NCBI GenBank assembly: GCA_050273025.1
Contig: CP158635.1
Location: 19,716,001-19,780,000, forward strand
Origin: Cenococcum geophilum
Lineage: Eukaryota
DNA: 64,000 nt
Direction of reading: 5' to 3'
Positions 37,004 to 50,204 of the stretch are shown here, one piece after another. Positions within the stretch are counted from its first letter, which is position 1; the number at the start of each line of letters is the position of its first letter. The notes under the pieces are model-generated. The model saw only the letters and a list, made by a program, of their open reading frames with translations. It did not search any database and was not told the DNA's origin. The position numbers were made by a program, and so were the translations under genes.

Positions 37004-38355
37004 AAATTTCTTATAAGAAAAGATTTTTGTAATTATATTCTTGTTTTCTAGCGTTAAGAATTAAGGCGCCAATTAGGATTTCTTTAGCTTAGTATTATTT
37101 TTCTATCTAGTTGCTTCCATATTAAGAGTATCTCGTTATTATTTACATATATATTAAATTAAAGTTAAGAACTCGCTTATAGTAAAGTCCTCCACCTTTA
37201 TATACTTGGCAGCAATAAGTTAGCCACCCTATAACTCGCTAGTCCTTTACAAAGAATTAAAGTTAAGGTATTAAAGTCTCTGGCGTTTTTATAGGTAACT
37301 AGGGTGCGGGTTAACTCTAAATTTCATATTAATAAGGTAGGAATGTTAAGAATAAATACAGGATATCTCTCTTAATATTAGCCTAAGTTATAACTCTAAA
37401 AATAGGATCTTGTTCTAAGAACTAGATCTAATTCTAAAGACTCTATCCTATCCCGATTCTAAGCTAAACATACTAAATATAACCAAAAAGGTATAGCGTT
37501 AAGCTAAGCGGTTCAACGGTCTTAAAAGAGAGGAGCTATTTTTAGTTATAGCTTAAGTTATAATTCCAGAAACGGAATCTAATTCTAAAACCAAGATTTT
37601 AATTTAGGTTTATAAAGCAAACCAATTAACTACTATAAAAAGGGCGTAATCCCAAAAAAGGATCTGGTTCTAAGAACTAGATCCTAGTTATAGGAAATAG
37701 GTCAATTAAGCGCTATAAAATAGGGTTGGCTATATCTATATTTGGTATATTAGGTTTAGCTTATTTTAGGACCAGCCACGTAATTAATTATAGGTGCTTA
37801 CACGACTAACCCAATAATTAACCCACTATCGCCAGCTATACCTTACCTAGCGCCTTTCAGTATCGCTATATTAAAGCCTTACTCTATTTAAGCCTTACGC
37901 GTTACGGAATAAACTAAAAGCCAATAATTATAATTACTAATAAATACTGCCTACAACTTTCTAATAATACTAAAACCCTATATACGCACTATATTTTTAA
38001 CCTATATAACTAGGACTATAAACAATATTTCTACACTTTAGGTTATTATAGCTTAGCATTTAACTAAGCCCCGCAAAGCCTTAGTCTAAGCCATATTAAA
38101 TCGGCTTAACTTTTCTACGCCCAACCTTTAAATCCTCCTCGCATTCCACTCGTACCTTACTTCCTCCCTTACACTTTCCTCTTTCGCTATTCCCTTATTT
38201 TAAGACGCGCCCAATATATATTTAACCTCCCTATACTTATTTACTTCTCTACTATTATACCATCCTTATATACTAGTCTCTTTAATCCCCCCTCGCCTAC
38301 CTACCTATCTACCACGCTAGCCCTCCCAACGTAGCTCTTAGCGCGTTTACTCACA

Positions 38356-40759
38356 ATAGTAAATCTCTTTAGATTAGAGATAATTAAAACAAATCCTATT
38401 AGGGAAGGACTAAATAGCTTTCGCAATTTATTTAACTTAACTTATTAAGATCTAGGCATCCCTAGCTCTCTAAACTCGTTACGCTAGATAGGCTATAAAG
38501 GTAATTATTAATTTATCTATTATAGGTTCTCTCTAATATATATAGGGCTTAAAAATCTTATAGTTAACCTTATTCTAGCATTATAGAACCTTCTTACTAC
38601 TTAACTACTTCCGTCTAGCGCTAGCCGCAGCACTCTTTATAGTAACCTTTTCCGACTTCTCCCTTTAGTTGATTTTAACGACTTTAATATTAAACGGTTC
38701 ACCCCTTTCTTAAAAACAGTTATTAATCGCGAATCGGATAAGGACGTTTAGAGTAATACTATTACCACTATAATAGAGTCCACGCCTCCCCCCTAACCGC
38801 TGCCACTCCATATTTAATAAACCCTATATTTATATAATACAAGCAGCTTTACTAACTCGTCCAAATACAGGAAATACGTAGATTATATTCTAAAGGAGGA
38901 GCTAGGCTCTCTTTACGTGGGGATTTCTAGCTTATATAAAGCATTCTTTAGGGGAGTAGAAGGTCTTAAAGAGGCAAGCGCCGCCATTTTTAAGAAATAT
39001 AAGGAAGGGGACAATCCACTATACGCTAAGGGCGGCTAGCGTAACTGGCCTAAAAGTATAGAGCAGATTAATGTCCTAAAGTGGTTTAATAACCTAATTA
39101 AATTATTTTTAGGCTTTATAGAGGAGTATAGGTCTGCCCTAAAGATATAATAAACGCTTATTGCATATACCGAGCAGCCCTTATAAGGGTCTATAGCAAA
39201 GTAAAAGCTAGATATTAGTTTTATGGATGATCTAATAGCTAGCGAAAGCTCTTAATGCTATTAGTTGTATATACTTATACTAGGAGAGCTAAAGAGTAAT
39301 CTAAACACTAATATAGCTTCGCAGGCATGGTTTAATTTAGGAAAATATATAAGAGAAGTCTTCGCCGCTTAGGACACTCATCGCTTTATTCTAAGCTTTA
39401 CCCTCTATAGATCTATTATGCGGCTATAGGAGTATAACCGGGTAAGAGGCATCGCATTATTACTATTCAATATTAATAAAAACGGATTATAATTTACCTT
39501 AGCGATATTAGGATTTCTCTAGATAAATAAGGAGTAGCTTAGGTTTAACCCTACTATTCTAACATCAGACGGCAAGCGATATATTAAGGTCGTGCGCAAT
39601 AATCAGACTAAGCATCTTATCCTTAATAAACTTATAAAGCGGGCACGCTATATCGCCGGTCAAGCGACTACTTACTAGAAAGTATACTATAAGGGGGACA
39701 CCTCTAAGATACCCCTCGTTATTAAAGACTTATAGCAGTACCTATAGCGCAAGAAAGAAGGTAAACTGCTACATAAGGTAATAGAGAAAGAAGTGGTTAA
39801 TATAGCTAGGTACTATTACCACGAGATAGTTTATATAGGCGGTAAAGAAGATAATATTTATAATAACGTCTATAAGGGGCTAGATATTATAAGAGCGATA
39901 AACTATAAGCTAAAAGACTTAATAATGCCTCTAAGACCGGCTGGAGCGAAAATCAGTATAAGGCAAGGCCGAAGTTTTAGTAGAAAAAGGTCGTCCAGCC
40001 ACACCAACGCCCTATTACCGCTTAGCAAGCGTATATATTTAGGCTCTCCACCTAAAGGCGGAAGGCGCCTTACAACCCTAAATTAAGTATATTAACGTAT
40101 TATTACTAGGGACTATAAAAAGCCTCTTTATAAGGCAAGCTCTCGGGCTACAATACTTACTGCACTAGAGGGTGGCATTAAAGGATATAAGTCTTTATAT
40201 ACGCGGGCCAGCATTATCTAATATAACATTTTAACAGGCAACCTTATAATAAACAAGGAAAATAATAATCCTTCTTAGCCAGCATTCTTAATCGACTTCG
40301 ATCTTATAATTAAGGAGCAGTAAAAAGGGCCTTTAGGAGCGCAGGGCAAGACCAGCATAAAAGCGTTTATAGCGATTAGAGTGCTCCTAGGCGAGATATA
40401 TTTAGCTTAGCATAATTTTAAGTCGTTTTTTTAGGTACTATTCTAGATATGCATTTACTATAATAGACCTAATAAGAAAGGCAACGTTATTAATAGGTTT
40501 AATAAGTGGAATTCTATAGATACGGAAGAGCTAGCTAAGATAAAAAAAAGAAGAAGTGGATAATAAAGGGGATTTTCTTAAGAATACAGGTAATAACTTT
40601 TCGCCGTACTATTAGCCACTAATCCCTTAGGTTAATAGATTGCGGAAGGTAGTATTTCTAAGCGGTAGGAGGCAAAAGGGAAATAATAAAAAACTTCCTT
40701 CTTAAATAAAGGAGGTGCTTTAGGAAGCAAGGAAGGATCTAAAGGTGCTAGTAGAGTAG
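38356..40759 (+). pseudogene. FunK1 / Pkinase_fungal kinase, copy 2 (full length, RIP-inactivated)
   Basis: M(ATA)VNLFRLEIIKTNPI.EGL..FR start and an intron at ~38500-38545. De-RIPed motifs ESTPPP.P, GELKSN, GRAT..WK, VIKD.W, GII.CDISTGNLM, FLIDFDL, KTGT.AFMAIGVL, HDFESFFWVLFWICIHY; stop at 40757-40759. Confidence 0.92.
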
Positions 40760-41169
40760 ATAGAATAATATTTTATTACTCTTCCACTATATAAGTGAAG
40801 TTTTACGGAGATTTGGGCGGCTAAGGCTAGGTAGTAGCCTTAGTTAAAACGTATATAAAATAGCATAGGGCGAGTTACCTAGGCTAAATAAACCCAAAAA
40901 AGAATAATATTTCATTTTCCTATATTCTTCTACCGCACGGGTTAAAGTTTTGCGGGGATTTAGGCGGTTAAGGCTAGGCAGTAGCCTTAGTCAAAACGCA
41001 TATAAAATAGCGTAGGGTAAGTTGCCTAGGCTAAATAAACCTAGGAAAGCAGATAACCTAATCTTCCGCTAGGCCCCTATACCCTACCATCCCGTATAGG
41101 CTTTAAATTTCTATAAAACACGTAACCTACTCTCTAGCCTATTAGAAGCCGCCTTATACTATCTAAATA

Positions 41170-41990
41170 GAGGCTATTAGAGAATTAATCCCTTACTCTA
41201 GCCAATCCCCTACTTAAATAAGTCCCCTATTTAAACAAATCCCCTACAGGAGCTAATGCCTACGTATTTCGCCGCCCTATAGGAACTAATCCCTTACTCT
41301 TAATAATCCCCTACAGGATCCGATTCCCTACTTTAATAAATCCCCTATAGGATCTACTCCCCTACGGGATCTACTCCCCTACGGTAACAAATCCCCTACG
41401 GGATCCACTCCCCTATAGGATCTACTCCCCTGCGGTAATAAATCCCCTACGGTAACAAATCCCCTACGCTAACGAATCCCCTACGGGTACCAATGCCCAT
41501 ATATTCTACCGCCCTATAGGAACCAATCCCCTACGGCTTATATTCCCGTACGGCTTTTGCTCCCCTATAGGGGCCAATAGCTACATTTTCCTCTCCCGTA
41601 CGGGAACTAATGCCCTATAGCTTCCGTTCTCTATTCCTAGATCTATAGATACTATTAGCTATATCTTCCACTCCCTTACAAAACAAATCCCCTATAAATT
41701 CCGTTCCTATATATAGTAACTATATCTTCTACTACCCTATAAGAACTATACCCTATAGCTCCTGCTCCTATATAGCTTTTACTCCCCTACAAGAACTAAT
41801 GGCAATTTCTTCTACTTCCCTACGGAAACTAATCTCCTACAGCTTGCGGTTCTCTATAGGGGTTAATACCCGCTTTCTCCGTCGCCTTATAGCTTTTAAT
41901 TCCTTACGGGAACCAACGCTTATATTTTCCACTCCCCTATAGGAACTAATGCCCTACAGCTTCTGTTCTCCTGTTCCCGGATCTATAAAC
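41170..41990. repeat. 17-bp minisatellite and longer direct repeats between the kinase and AAA 3' ends, copy 2
   Basis: Reverse-complement homologue of 7075-7470 (CCCCTACGG...AAAT units). It also carries an extra ~345-bp block and a ~150-bp tandem duplication (40790-41045) that copy 1 lacks. Confidence 0.82.
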
Positions 41991-42130
41991 AATTTGCCCA
42001 CGCCACTGCCTACCGTATAGGTCTTATTACCACAAAAGTAAGAAAGTAATTTTAAGAAAGCAATAAGTAATAATGCCACCAGCTACAAGATCTATAAGAC
42101 GTATTTAATACTCTGTATATATAAGCGAAT

Positions 42131-45000
42131 CTATATATATAAGTTTAAATTCTTAACTAATTTAGCACCTTTAAAATCACTTTTAAAATCTTAGCTTAAT
42201 ATAAGAGCCTTACCTAAATGCTTATATGTAAGTTTCTCCCCCTTACTTTTAGCCAAGCTATAACTAATCCGTATAGTGTTCTTAATCTAATATAGTATAT
42301 TAGCACTAGCCTCTAAACTTTTTCTTAAATATTGCCTTGCCTGTCTTTTGTTTAATTAATAGTCCAAAAGCCGCTCTATATCCTTTTTAGAGATATTAGC
42401 AGCAGCATCGGCTTGCTTTAGGAAGGTCTTCTATACCTACTCTCTTACTGGTCTCTTTAGCTCGTTATATCTAAGTATAAGATATATTCTACTCTATATA
42501 GCTGCATTAAATACGGTAATTTTATTTGTTATAAGAAACATAATACCTTAGAAATACTCCATCTATTATAGGAAGACGGATACTAGGCTATTACGTCGGA
42601 TATTATTTAAAGTTCTTTCTATAAGAAAGACATCGGCCTTATCTAAAAAAAGGACAGCGCTCTAGCGGTAAACATTTTTAACTATTAGAGCCAGTTTTTA
42701 TTCTAAATAGGCTAGATTTATATTAAGGTCTCCTATATAAGCCTTCTTATAGTTAAACTAGTATATAAATACACTTATAAAGGGGAACAAACTATATAGA
42801 GGGGTCTCCTCTAAGATTCGGCAAGTGCTTTAGCTGTTAATATCTTTCCTACCCTAGGTAGGCCACTAAAACGGTCAGCCTTTAAAACAGCTAATGCCTT
42901 ACTAGAAAACTTACTATAGCAAGAAAACTAGGCCTTTCCCCTTCCCTTTAATTATATTATTAAACTTTAATTTCCTAAACCTAGACTAGTAGCTCTTTAT
43001 AAGTCCTTAAAGCACCATTTTCTTATCCTCCTTAATTACGAGTGACTTAAATACTAAGGCATTCCATTTAATGTCCTTAATATTGGCGACGGCAAATTCA
43101 CCTATTAGTGCTTATATTAGTACATATAATTCGCTAGCTCTAGAAAAAGAGTATAAAAAGCCTAACCCTATTTTTTATCTGCCAAACTAAAGGCTAGGGC
43201 TGTTAGTAGACAAATTAGGTACTTATTATTTCCTATCTCCTTAGGAACTAAACCTTAATTCTTTACGTCGCCTTACCAATTAGTCCCTTAATCAATTACG
43301 CTTATTCCGTATATATCTATAGTAATTAGCTACTTGCTATAGTTAGAATTCTAACGATAAAATGCTATCGCGTCTACTATAATATGGCCGCTTATAGAAA
43401 ATCTTAACGGGCTATCTTTAGTCTAGAAAAACATAATCCCTTTATATTTATAGTGGTTAATGCCTCTTAAAGACACGAACTTCTAGCTATTGCTAATAAG
43501 ATCCTACTTTATCTCAGCTTGTCTCTTATAACGCTCTAGCGGAAATACCTTAAAAGATATAATTTTTATAGTTGAACGGAATTCCGGAATAGAGAGGGTG
43601 GTTTTTACCTTACTAAATGCCTTCCTATTATAGCTAAAATAGTAACAGTTAAGTTTAAAGCTCTTTTTGCTAAAAAGTAAGGTTTTAAAGTTGCCTAAAT
43701 TATATATAAGGCATCTTGGTTAATCCGAGCCTTTATAAATTATAAGGATATGCGTATTTAGTTTAAATAAGGCCTAAAGGAGATCAAAATTAATTTCGCT
43801 ATGGTTTAGAAGCGGCAGGAGACTATTAGTTATAGGCGCAAAATGGTCTTTAAGGAATCTTAGTAACCCCTAAAGGTGCCTAGCGCTAATTAAGTTAGGA
43901 GAAAGACTCTCCTAGTGTATTTTTAACTGGGGTAGGAAATTAAATATAAGGTTTATAGGGATCTAGAAGTTAAATTAGAATAAGCTATATCTATAAAAAG
44001 GTCCACTTACTATAGGCTTATCTTCCCGAAGGGAGATAGCTTATATGCTGTTTAGCACTACCTATAAGGCGTCTTTTACTTCTCCTAAATTTATACCTAG
44101 GTATATGCTATAGTCTTTCTTGTCCTTTTCTAGCTTAAAGTTAGTATCTAAGTTGATATATTTAAAGGCACCTAAGAGATAGACTAAATTTCTTCCAAAG
44201 GATATAAATATACTAATTATATATATTACGCTCACTTAACATATCCGGCGAAGTCTCTATAGTCTTATATTAGCAGTTTTGTTTATCCTAGCTGTAGTAG
44301 ACGCTACATTAGCGTATTTCCAAGTATGTTTTAGGGATTTCGTAAGCATATATCTCATTTAACACCTTAACTTTAACCTTGGAACCTCTTACTTTGGGTA
44401 TCTCTTTAACCCCTAAACTTATAGGGGGAGGTAGAGGAGGTAGAGGAGGTAGAGGAGGTTAGGCCGCTTAGACTATCTTTAACACAGCTACAAGTATTTT
44501 AACTATAAGATACTGCGCTAACTGCCCATAATGCAGATGCGTTTAGCTTAGGCTACCAGGGGGGGTGTTTATGCTATTATAAGGCAGTAAAGGCGCTGGC
44601 GTAACAGGCTTAGATATAACTAGCATTATTACTCTATAAAGCTTTAATAACGTAATACTAATCTAAAGTGCAAGGTTGGAGTAAGGAGCTAAGTGTAGAT
44701 AGTATCGTTTCTTTAAAGGATCCGCCTTCTTTTATACCCATTAATAGGACCTAAGTTACTACTATACCGCAAATATTTACTACACCGCTTACTTACCCTA
44801 ATTAACCTTAGATAGCGCTAGACTATATATCTTTAATAGCGTTCCAACATGTTAGAGAGTTTAACTAAGTTAAGCCATAGGGTATATACTAGCTCTTATT
44901 ATAGGATAAGCCTATAATTTGTATAGCTATAGGGGGTATCGCGAAGGATTGTATAAATGATCCCTATAAGCTAGGTGGACGTTATAGATCCGTAATAGTG
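42131..45000 (-). pseudogene. Fungal AAA+ ATPase, copy 2 (more complete; start uncertain)
   Basis: Same Walker A/B, TTNR and NGRQIKN motifs as 4937-6817. It extends further 5' through a Pro-rich tract (44425-44460). Confidence 0.88.
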
Positions 45001-48000
45001 TGCCTGCTATTTCTCTAAGGGGCGATATTTATTTAGCGGAGGCTTTAGACTAATAAAGAATTAATCTTACATTAACTATATAAATATTAGTATAGCTTAC
45101 GTTAGAATAAGTCCTAATTAGGGGACAAAAAGAAGAAAGATATAATAAGTTTAATAATATATAGAGTGCGGTATATTAGTAGGTTAAGATATTATAACCC
45201 ATAAAACAAACTTAAGGTAATTAGCTAACTAAGTTTAGTAATCTTACCCCTAGTTACCCCCTAGTTACCTCCTAACTTCCCCCTAACTTCCCCTTAACTA
45301 CTATTAACTACTCTTTAAATACCTACTAACTGCCCTATAACTGTTATAAACTTTCCATTAACTTATTATTTAACTACTATAATATTTAGCCGCCTCTTAA
45401 TCTATTCATTTTAGCGCGCCAATCTTGCCTCTTCGCCAATCTTAAGATATAGAGTTGCCTTATATCGTGCTGCAGGCGAAAGAAAAGGATTCCTTTTCCT
45501 ACTAAGATGGCTATAATAGAGTGACTAACTTAGAGCTTAAGACTCTTCTTAAGCAGAGCTAAGAAATAGTTATTTCGCTTAAAGCCAAGCTAGATAAGCG
45601 CCAGATCGTAGCAAAGCCCTAGTTACTTGGCGTTATTAAGTACAGCAAGAAACTCTAAAAGAGTGTCACAAATCTCAGGATCTTAGGACGGCTGGATAGT
45701 AGAGCGGCTAAACTTGCTATTACGGCTGCTGGGATTCTAAAGACGAAATAGATAACTCGTAAGTTAAATATCTATTAAACGTTCCTTAGCAATATCCTTC
45801 ATTACTACAGTTAGGGGTTAGTTTTGCTATACGCTATAAGCCTTAGCAAGTAAAAAGTAACCTCTTTAAATTCTTAAGATTGGATTAGGCTTATATAGTA
45901 TCTTAAAAGCAACTAAGCCACCTTTAAATGCCCTATCTTAGACTCGCTAGCAGTAGAACATTATATACCTTATAGGAATAGTAAGTTGTATAATCTTTAA
46001 CATAAATATCTCGCTTATCCCGTAAAAGAGGTCTATAAATTAGATCCTTTAGTTACGCCCTCTTAAAAACGCCTATTTCTAAAAGACATAGGTTTAAAAC
46101 AAAAGTCAGCTCAGAGCAATTATACTTATTAATTAGACGTTTATTCTCTAAACACTAATTAGCTGCGCTAAGATACAGTCTAAAATTTACAGAATCCTCT
46201 AGCTAGTCAGACTCCGTAAGCTAAGGCTACAATTAATCCAGTATAAAAAGAAGGAAGTAGTATAGATTTTCCCTCCCTATATTAATAAGGCCGAATACTA
46301 ATCCAAAATAAGATACATTACTAGGCTCTTTATCCACAGCCATAATTTAAACTCGCTCAGCAAATTATAGAGAGATTATAAACCTTAAGTTTATAGTACT
46401 TCTTACTTTCCTATAGTAGTATTAGGACAGCTATTTAAAACTAGTATACTCTTAAGGTGGAGTTCTATTACCATCTATTGACATTATATTAGAGCTAACT
46501 CTTGGGTTAAGCGCGAAAATTAAACTCTCTCTTCAATTATATAAAGCGTTAATTTAATTCGACCTTGCCTTCTATAGGCGAAAATAGCGCACCGTAGGAC
46601 TACTAAATAGCCTGCAGCTCTCACCAGGCCTTATAATAAGGATAACGAAGCCAGTAGGTTCCTTAGGGCCTATAACCATATTTCTTATTATATTACTAAA
46701 GACCCTAACAGCCCCCCCCCTACTGTATATTTTTACTAAAATCGCTTAAACTAATAGGTCCACTAACTCTAGAGATATACTAGTTGTTTCCGGACCTATT
46801 TTAATAGGCTCTTTATACTAGATAGTATTTAGCGAAATATATCTTATACTATTTTAAATTTTGCCTACTAGCTCTAAAGCTCTTTTTTTAAGTTTCTAAT
46901 TATTATCTGCGATATTATTAACAGGAACCCCGCCGTTTATTATCCTAAAGAGCTCTTAATATATGCTATCTAAGCCTAGGTAATAATGGTAACTAAATAG
47001 TTATAGGTTAAAGATAAAAGCAAGGGCTAATAGAGAGAGCTACCAACTTTAGAGAGATAAGGATTATATTAGGATCGGAATAATAGAAAATATAAATATA
47101 TCGTCTAAGGAACGCGCTAAAGAACTACGGCGTATATTATTACTAGCCATATAATACACATAGATAAAGTAGGATCGTCTTACCTTAATAGTTAAATACT
47201 TTAGATCTGTGGCAAGTATAGCGGGGTAGGCTATAAAGCGGATAGCGTTAAGATTAAAGGTTAAAGTTAGGAGAAACGTTATATCCTTAATAGGCCATAC
47301 CCTACGCAGTGCGCGAAATAGTAACGCGCCTAGCGCATAAAAAGAGAATATAAATTTAAGATAGCTAAGGCTAGTCTTAGGCGTTAATACCCAACTCTAT
47401 AACGGGGCTTAGCCTTAAGCTTTAGTTGGTATTATCACGTATATATAACGTAAGGGTCTACTACCTAACCGCGAAAATTATATAGCCGGTAAAGGAAGCT
47501 ATATAGATAAACACGCTAATATATAGCTGATGCGAGTTAACGCGGACACCTTACCCTTTTTATTATATAATGCTTTAAAGGATTGCATAAACTATAGCCT
47601 ATTCTTATTTATAGACCCGATATCTATACTTAATCTCTTAACCTATTAATAGTACTAAAGGTTATACTAAATATACTTAATCGGATAATACAGCATAATC
47701 CTATAATTTATGGATTCTAAATAAATGGACTAAAGTTATGGGCGAAGTAGGTTGTTCTTTAAAATTTCGCATTATTTAAATTAAGCTTACAGCTTTAGGC
47801 GATATCACGATTATATATAGTATAGCCAGCAGATATCTAGTTAAATTACTTATAAACACTTATAACACTTTATTAGCATATATACCTAAATCCCTCTGCC
47901 TACTAGCGCTCTATATAGTTTATAAGGGCTTAACTTTCTTAAATTGGAAATTATAGGACGTTATAGGAAATGCGCTATAAATAGAATAAGCTAGAAGTAA

Positions 48001-48019
48001 AACCTAAAGCTAGAAATAA

Positions 48020-50204
48020 AACTTCAGGCCAAAAAGAACAGCACTATTACTACCGATTCTTCCGCCTAGTAGGCCGCCCCCATTTCTTCTATATAACAGG
48101 CTAAGCCTTTAATTTTAAACAGTAATGCCCCTATAGTAATCTAAGACTTCTTATTAGAAAGCTATCTTTAATCTAGTCCCATAGAAGATTTTATTTCCCT
48201 TTTAGGTTAGTAAGTAACGCGTCTTCCTCTTTAGTGAATTTTATTCTAGACTTTAGCCCTTAGGGCTTTAGCTTCTAGGGCTGCTTAACTAGGTTAAAAG
48301 GTAAAGGGAATTATTAAGGAAGGATATTTAGTGTATATAACCCGTCTTTCTAGCGCCTAAAAGCTGCTTAAATTAAAATTTCTTCTAAATTAGCATTTAA
48401 GGCGGCTCCCAGTATTACTTTATTAGAGTTAAAGCTAGAGGTAGCACTTAGCAGCAGTTTTTGGGTACGGAGGCGATTATATATAGGGGATGTAACCCGC
48501 TTACAATAATTGCTAGTAAGCGTAGTGCTTTAGTCGGATACATACGTGGATAAAATTAAAGGGGAATAGTAAGACCGCTAGAAATAATGCTTTATAGCAT
48601 ACTTTACCTTTAATTAACTAGTAATAGGGGTTAGTAATCCTCGTCGCCCTATATACCCGCGGGCCTTATTATCCTTATCACTACTACTACTATTACCGTC
48701 CCTAGAGTTATTATTATCCGTATTATTACTATTATTACTTCCGTTGCCATAATTCCCGGCCTTACCTTCGTCCGTAACGTTCTTACCGTCCTTATTATTA
48801 CTTTCTTTAGTTAAGCCGTTTACAAAATCGTCTAAAATATAATTACAACTATTATTAGTCCTATATTCTGGTGGTCTAGTATTATAAGGAGATATATAGT
48901 GCCGGGGGGAGGGGCTAGTGGGCCGCGTAGTAGAGACCGCTTACTCCTTAATACCGTTATAGTTATTAAGGCTAAGGGTAGGAGAGCTAGAAGGCGTGGT
49001 CCTCTAGGAAGTAGGTAACCTTTATTACTTCCTAGGTTATACGCTCTCGCTACTCTTATTAACGGAAGTATTAAAGATATAATTAATGCTACCTAGCTAA
49101 TTAAGCTAATCGGACCTCCGCTTCTTTAACTTCTTAGCTCCTAAAGACTCTTAACTAGCAGCTATTAATATCCTAAGCTTCTACCTAAACTATGGAGCAG
49201 TTCCGATGCGACGCCCCTTAGCTAAATTATCCGTTTAATTGCCGTCTAGCGTTAAGGGTGTGGTATAATTATACGTAGGTGCATATACCTCCTCTTCTAG
49301 CGCTTCTAACAAAGGTAGCTCTTTATTATCTTTATCGCCCTTACTACTACCGTTATTCCCGTTATCTACTAATTATTAAATAAGCCATTATAAATTAAAA
49401 GGGGAAGCGTATACCTAATCTATAAGATATTAGTTGATTATTGGCTTTGTCAGCTTTATTATTAGCGTTACTAGCTTTATTACCCTTAGTTTCTAAGTCT
49501 AGATTGGCTATATTATCTTTAATAACTATTAAATTTGCTACTAGTTGTTAAAACTATATATTTAGAACTGCTAGGGAAAAAGGGAGAGTGGTAGGGTAAT
49601 TACTGGGATAATTACCTTAATTACTTCTTCTAGAGACTTAACTGTCATTTCCATCCCTATAGAAATCTTCTTTATTGTCCTCATTATCCTTATTATCCTT
49701 ATAATACTTATTATTAGCTTTCTTATAATTATATATAGGGTCTATAGGCGCTTTATTAGACGGAATATCTAAATTAAGGCCCTAGGTGGAATAACATGCC
49801 GTTAAGTACCTAAGCTTATAATACTTCTTAACTTTTTAGGGGGAAAAGAGGTACTCCCCTACTCCTCCTTTTAGGCTTACTGCTCGCGCTTTTCTTAGGG
49901 GCCGTAATTATATAGTGCTAAGATAAAGCTGTTAATTTTCTAGGGGGACTAGTATAGAAATTATTCTTATTAAGCGAAATTTTAGAAGAAATACGAAATA
50001 AAGACTAAGGTAGTGCTAACATTATTATTATTAGAGTTACTATTGTTTTATAGCTTTTAAAAGCTTTAAGGGGGAATTAAAGGTCTTTTTAAGTGCACGT
50101 TAGTCCTCCCTTCGCCACTAGCACTCGCCTATCGCCCCTTGCCCTTTACCCCTTGCCTAGGTTTCTTATTAAATTAAAGCATTTAATATATACGCCTCCG
50201 GCAT
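48020..50204 (-). pseudogene. Myb/SANT-domain protein (C-terminal domain), RIP-inactivated; start uncertain
   Basis: The minus strand at ~48115-48255 reads KSRIKFTKEEDALLTNLKGK*NLLWD*IKDSFLIRSLRLL*GHYCLKLK (=FT.EED.LL..LK....L.W..I...FP.RS..SLQ.HY..KLK). A long acidic low-complexity region precedes it. Confidence 0.8.

Noticed and set aside
4937..44012. Treating the 5-kb inverted AAA/kinase duplication as giant terminal inverted repeats of a single element
   Set aside because: The outer copy continues at 62553 and beyond, the copies differ by diverged blocks and indels, and no TSD flanks the pair.
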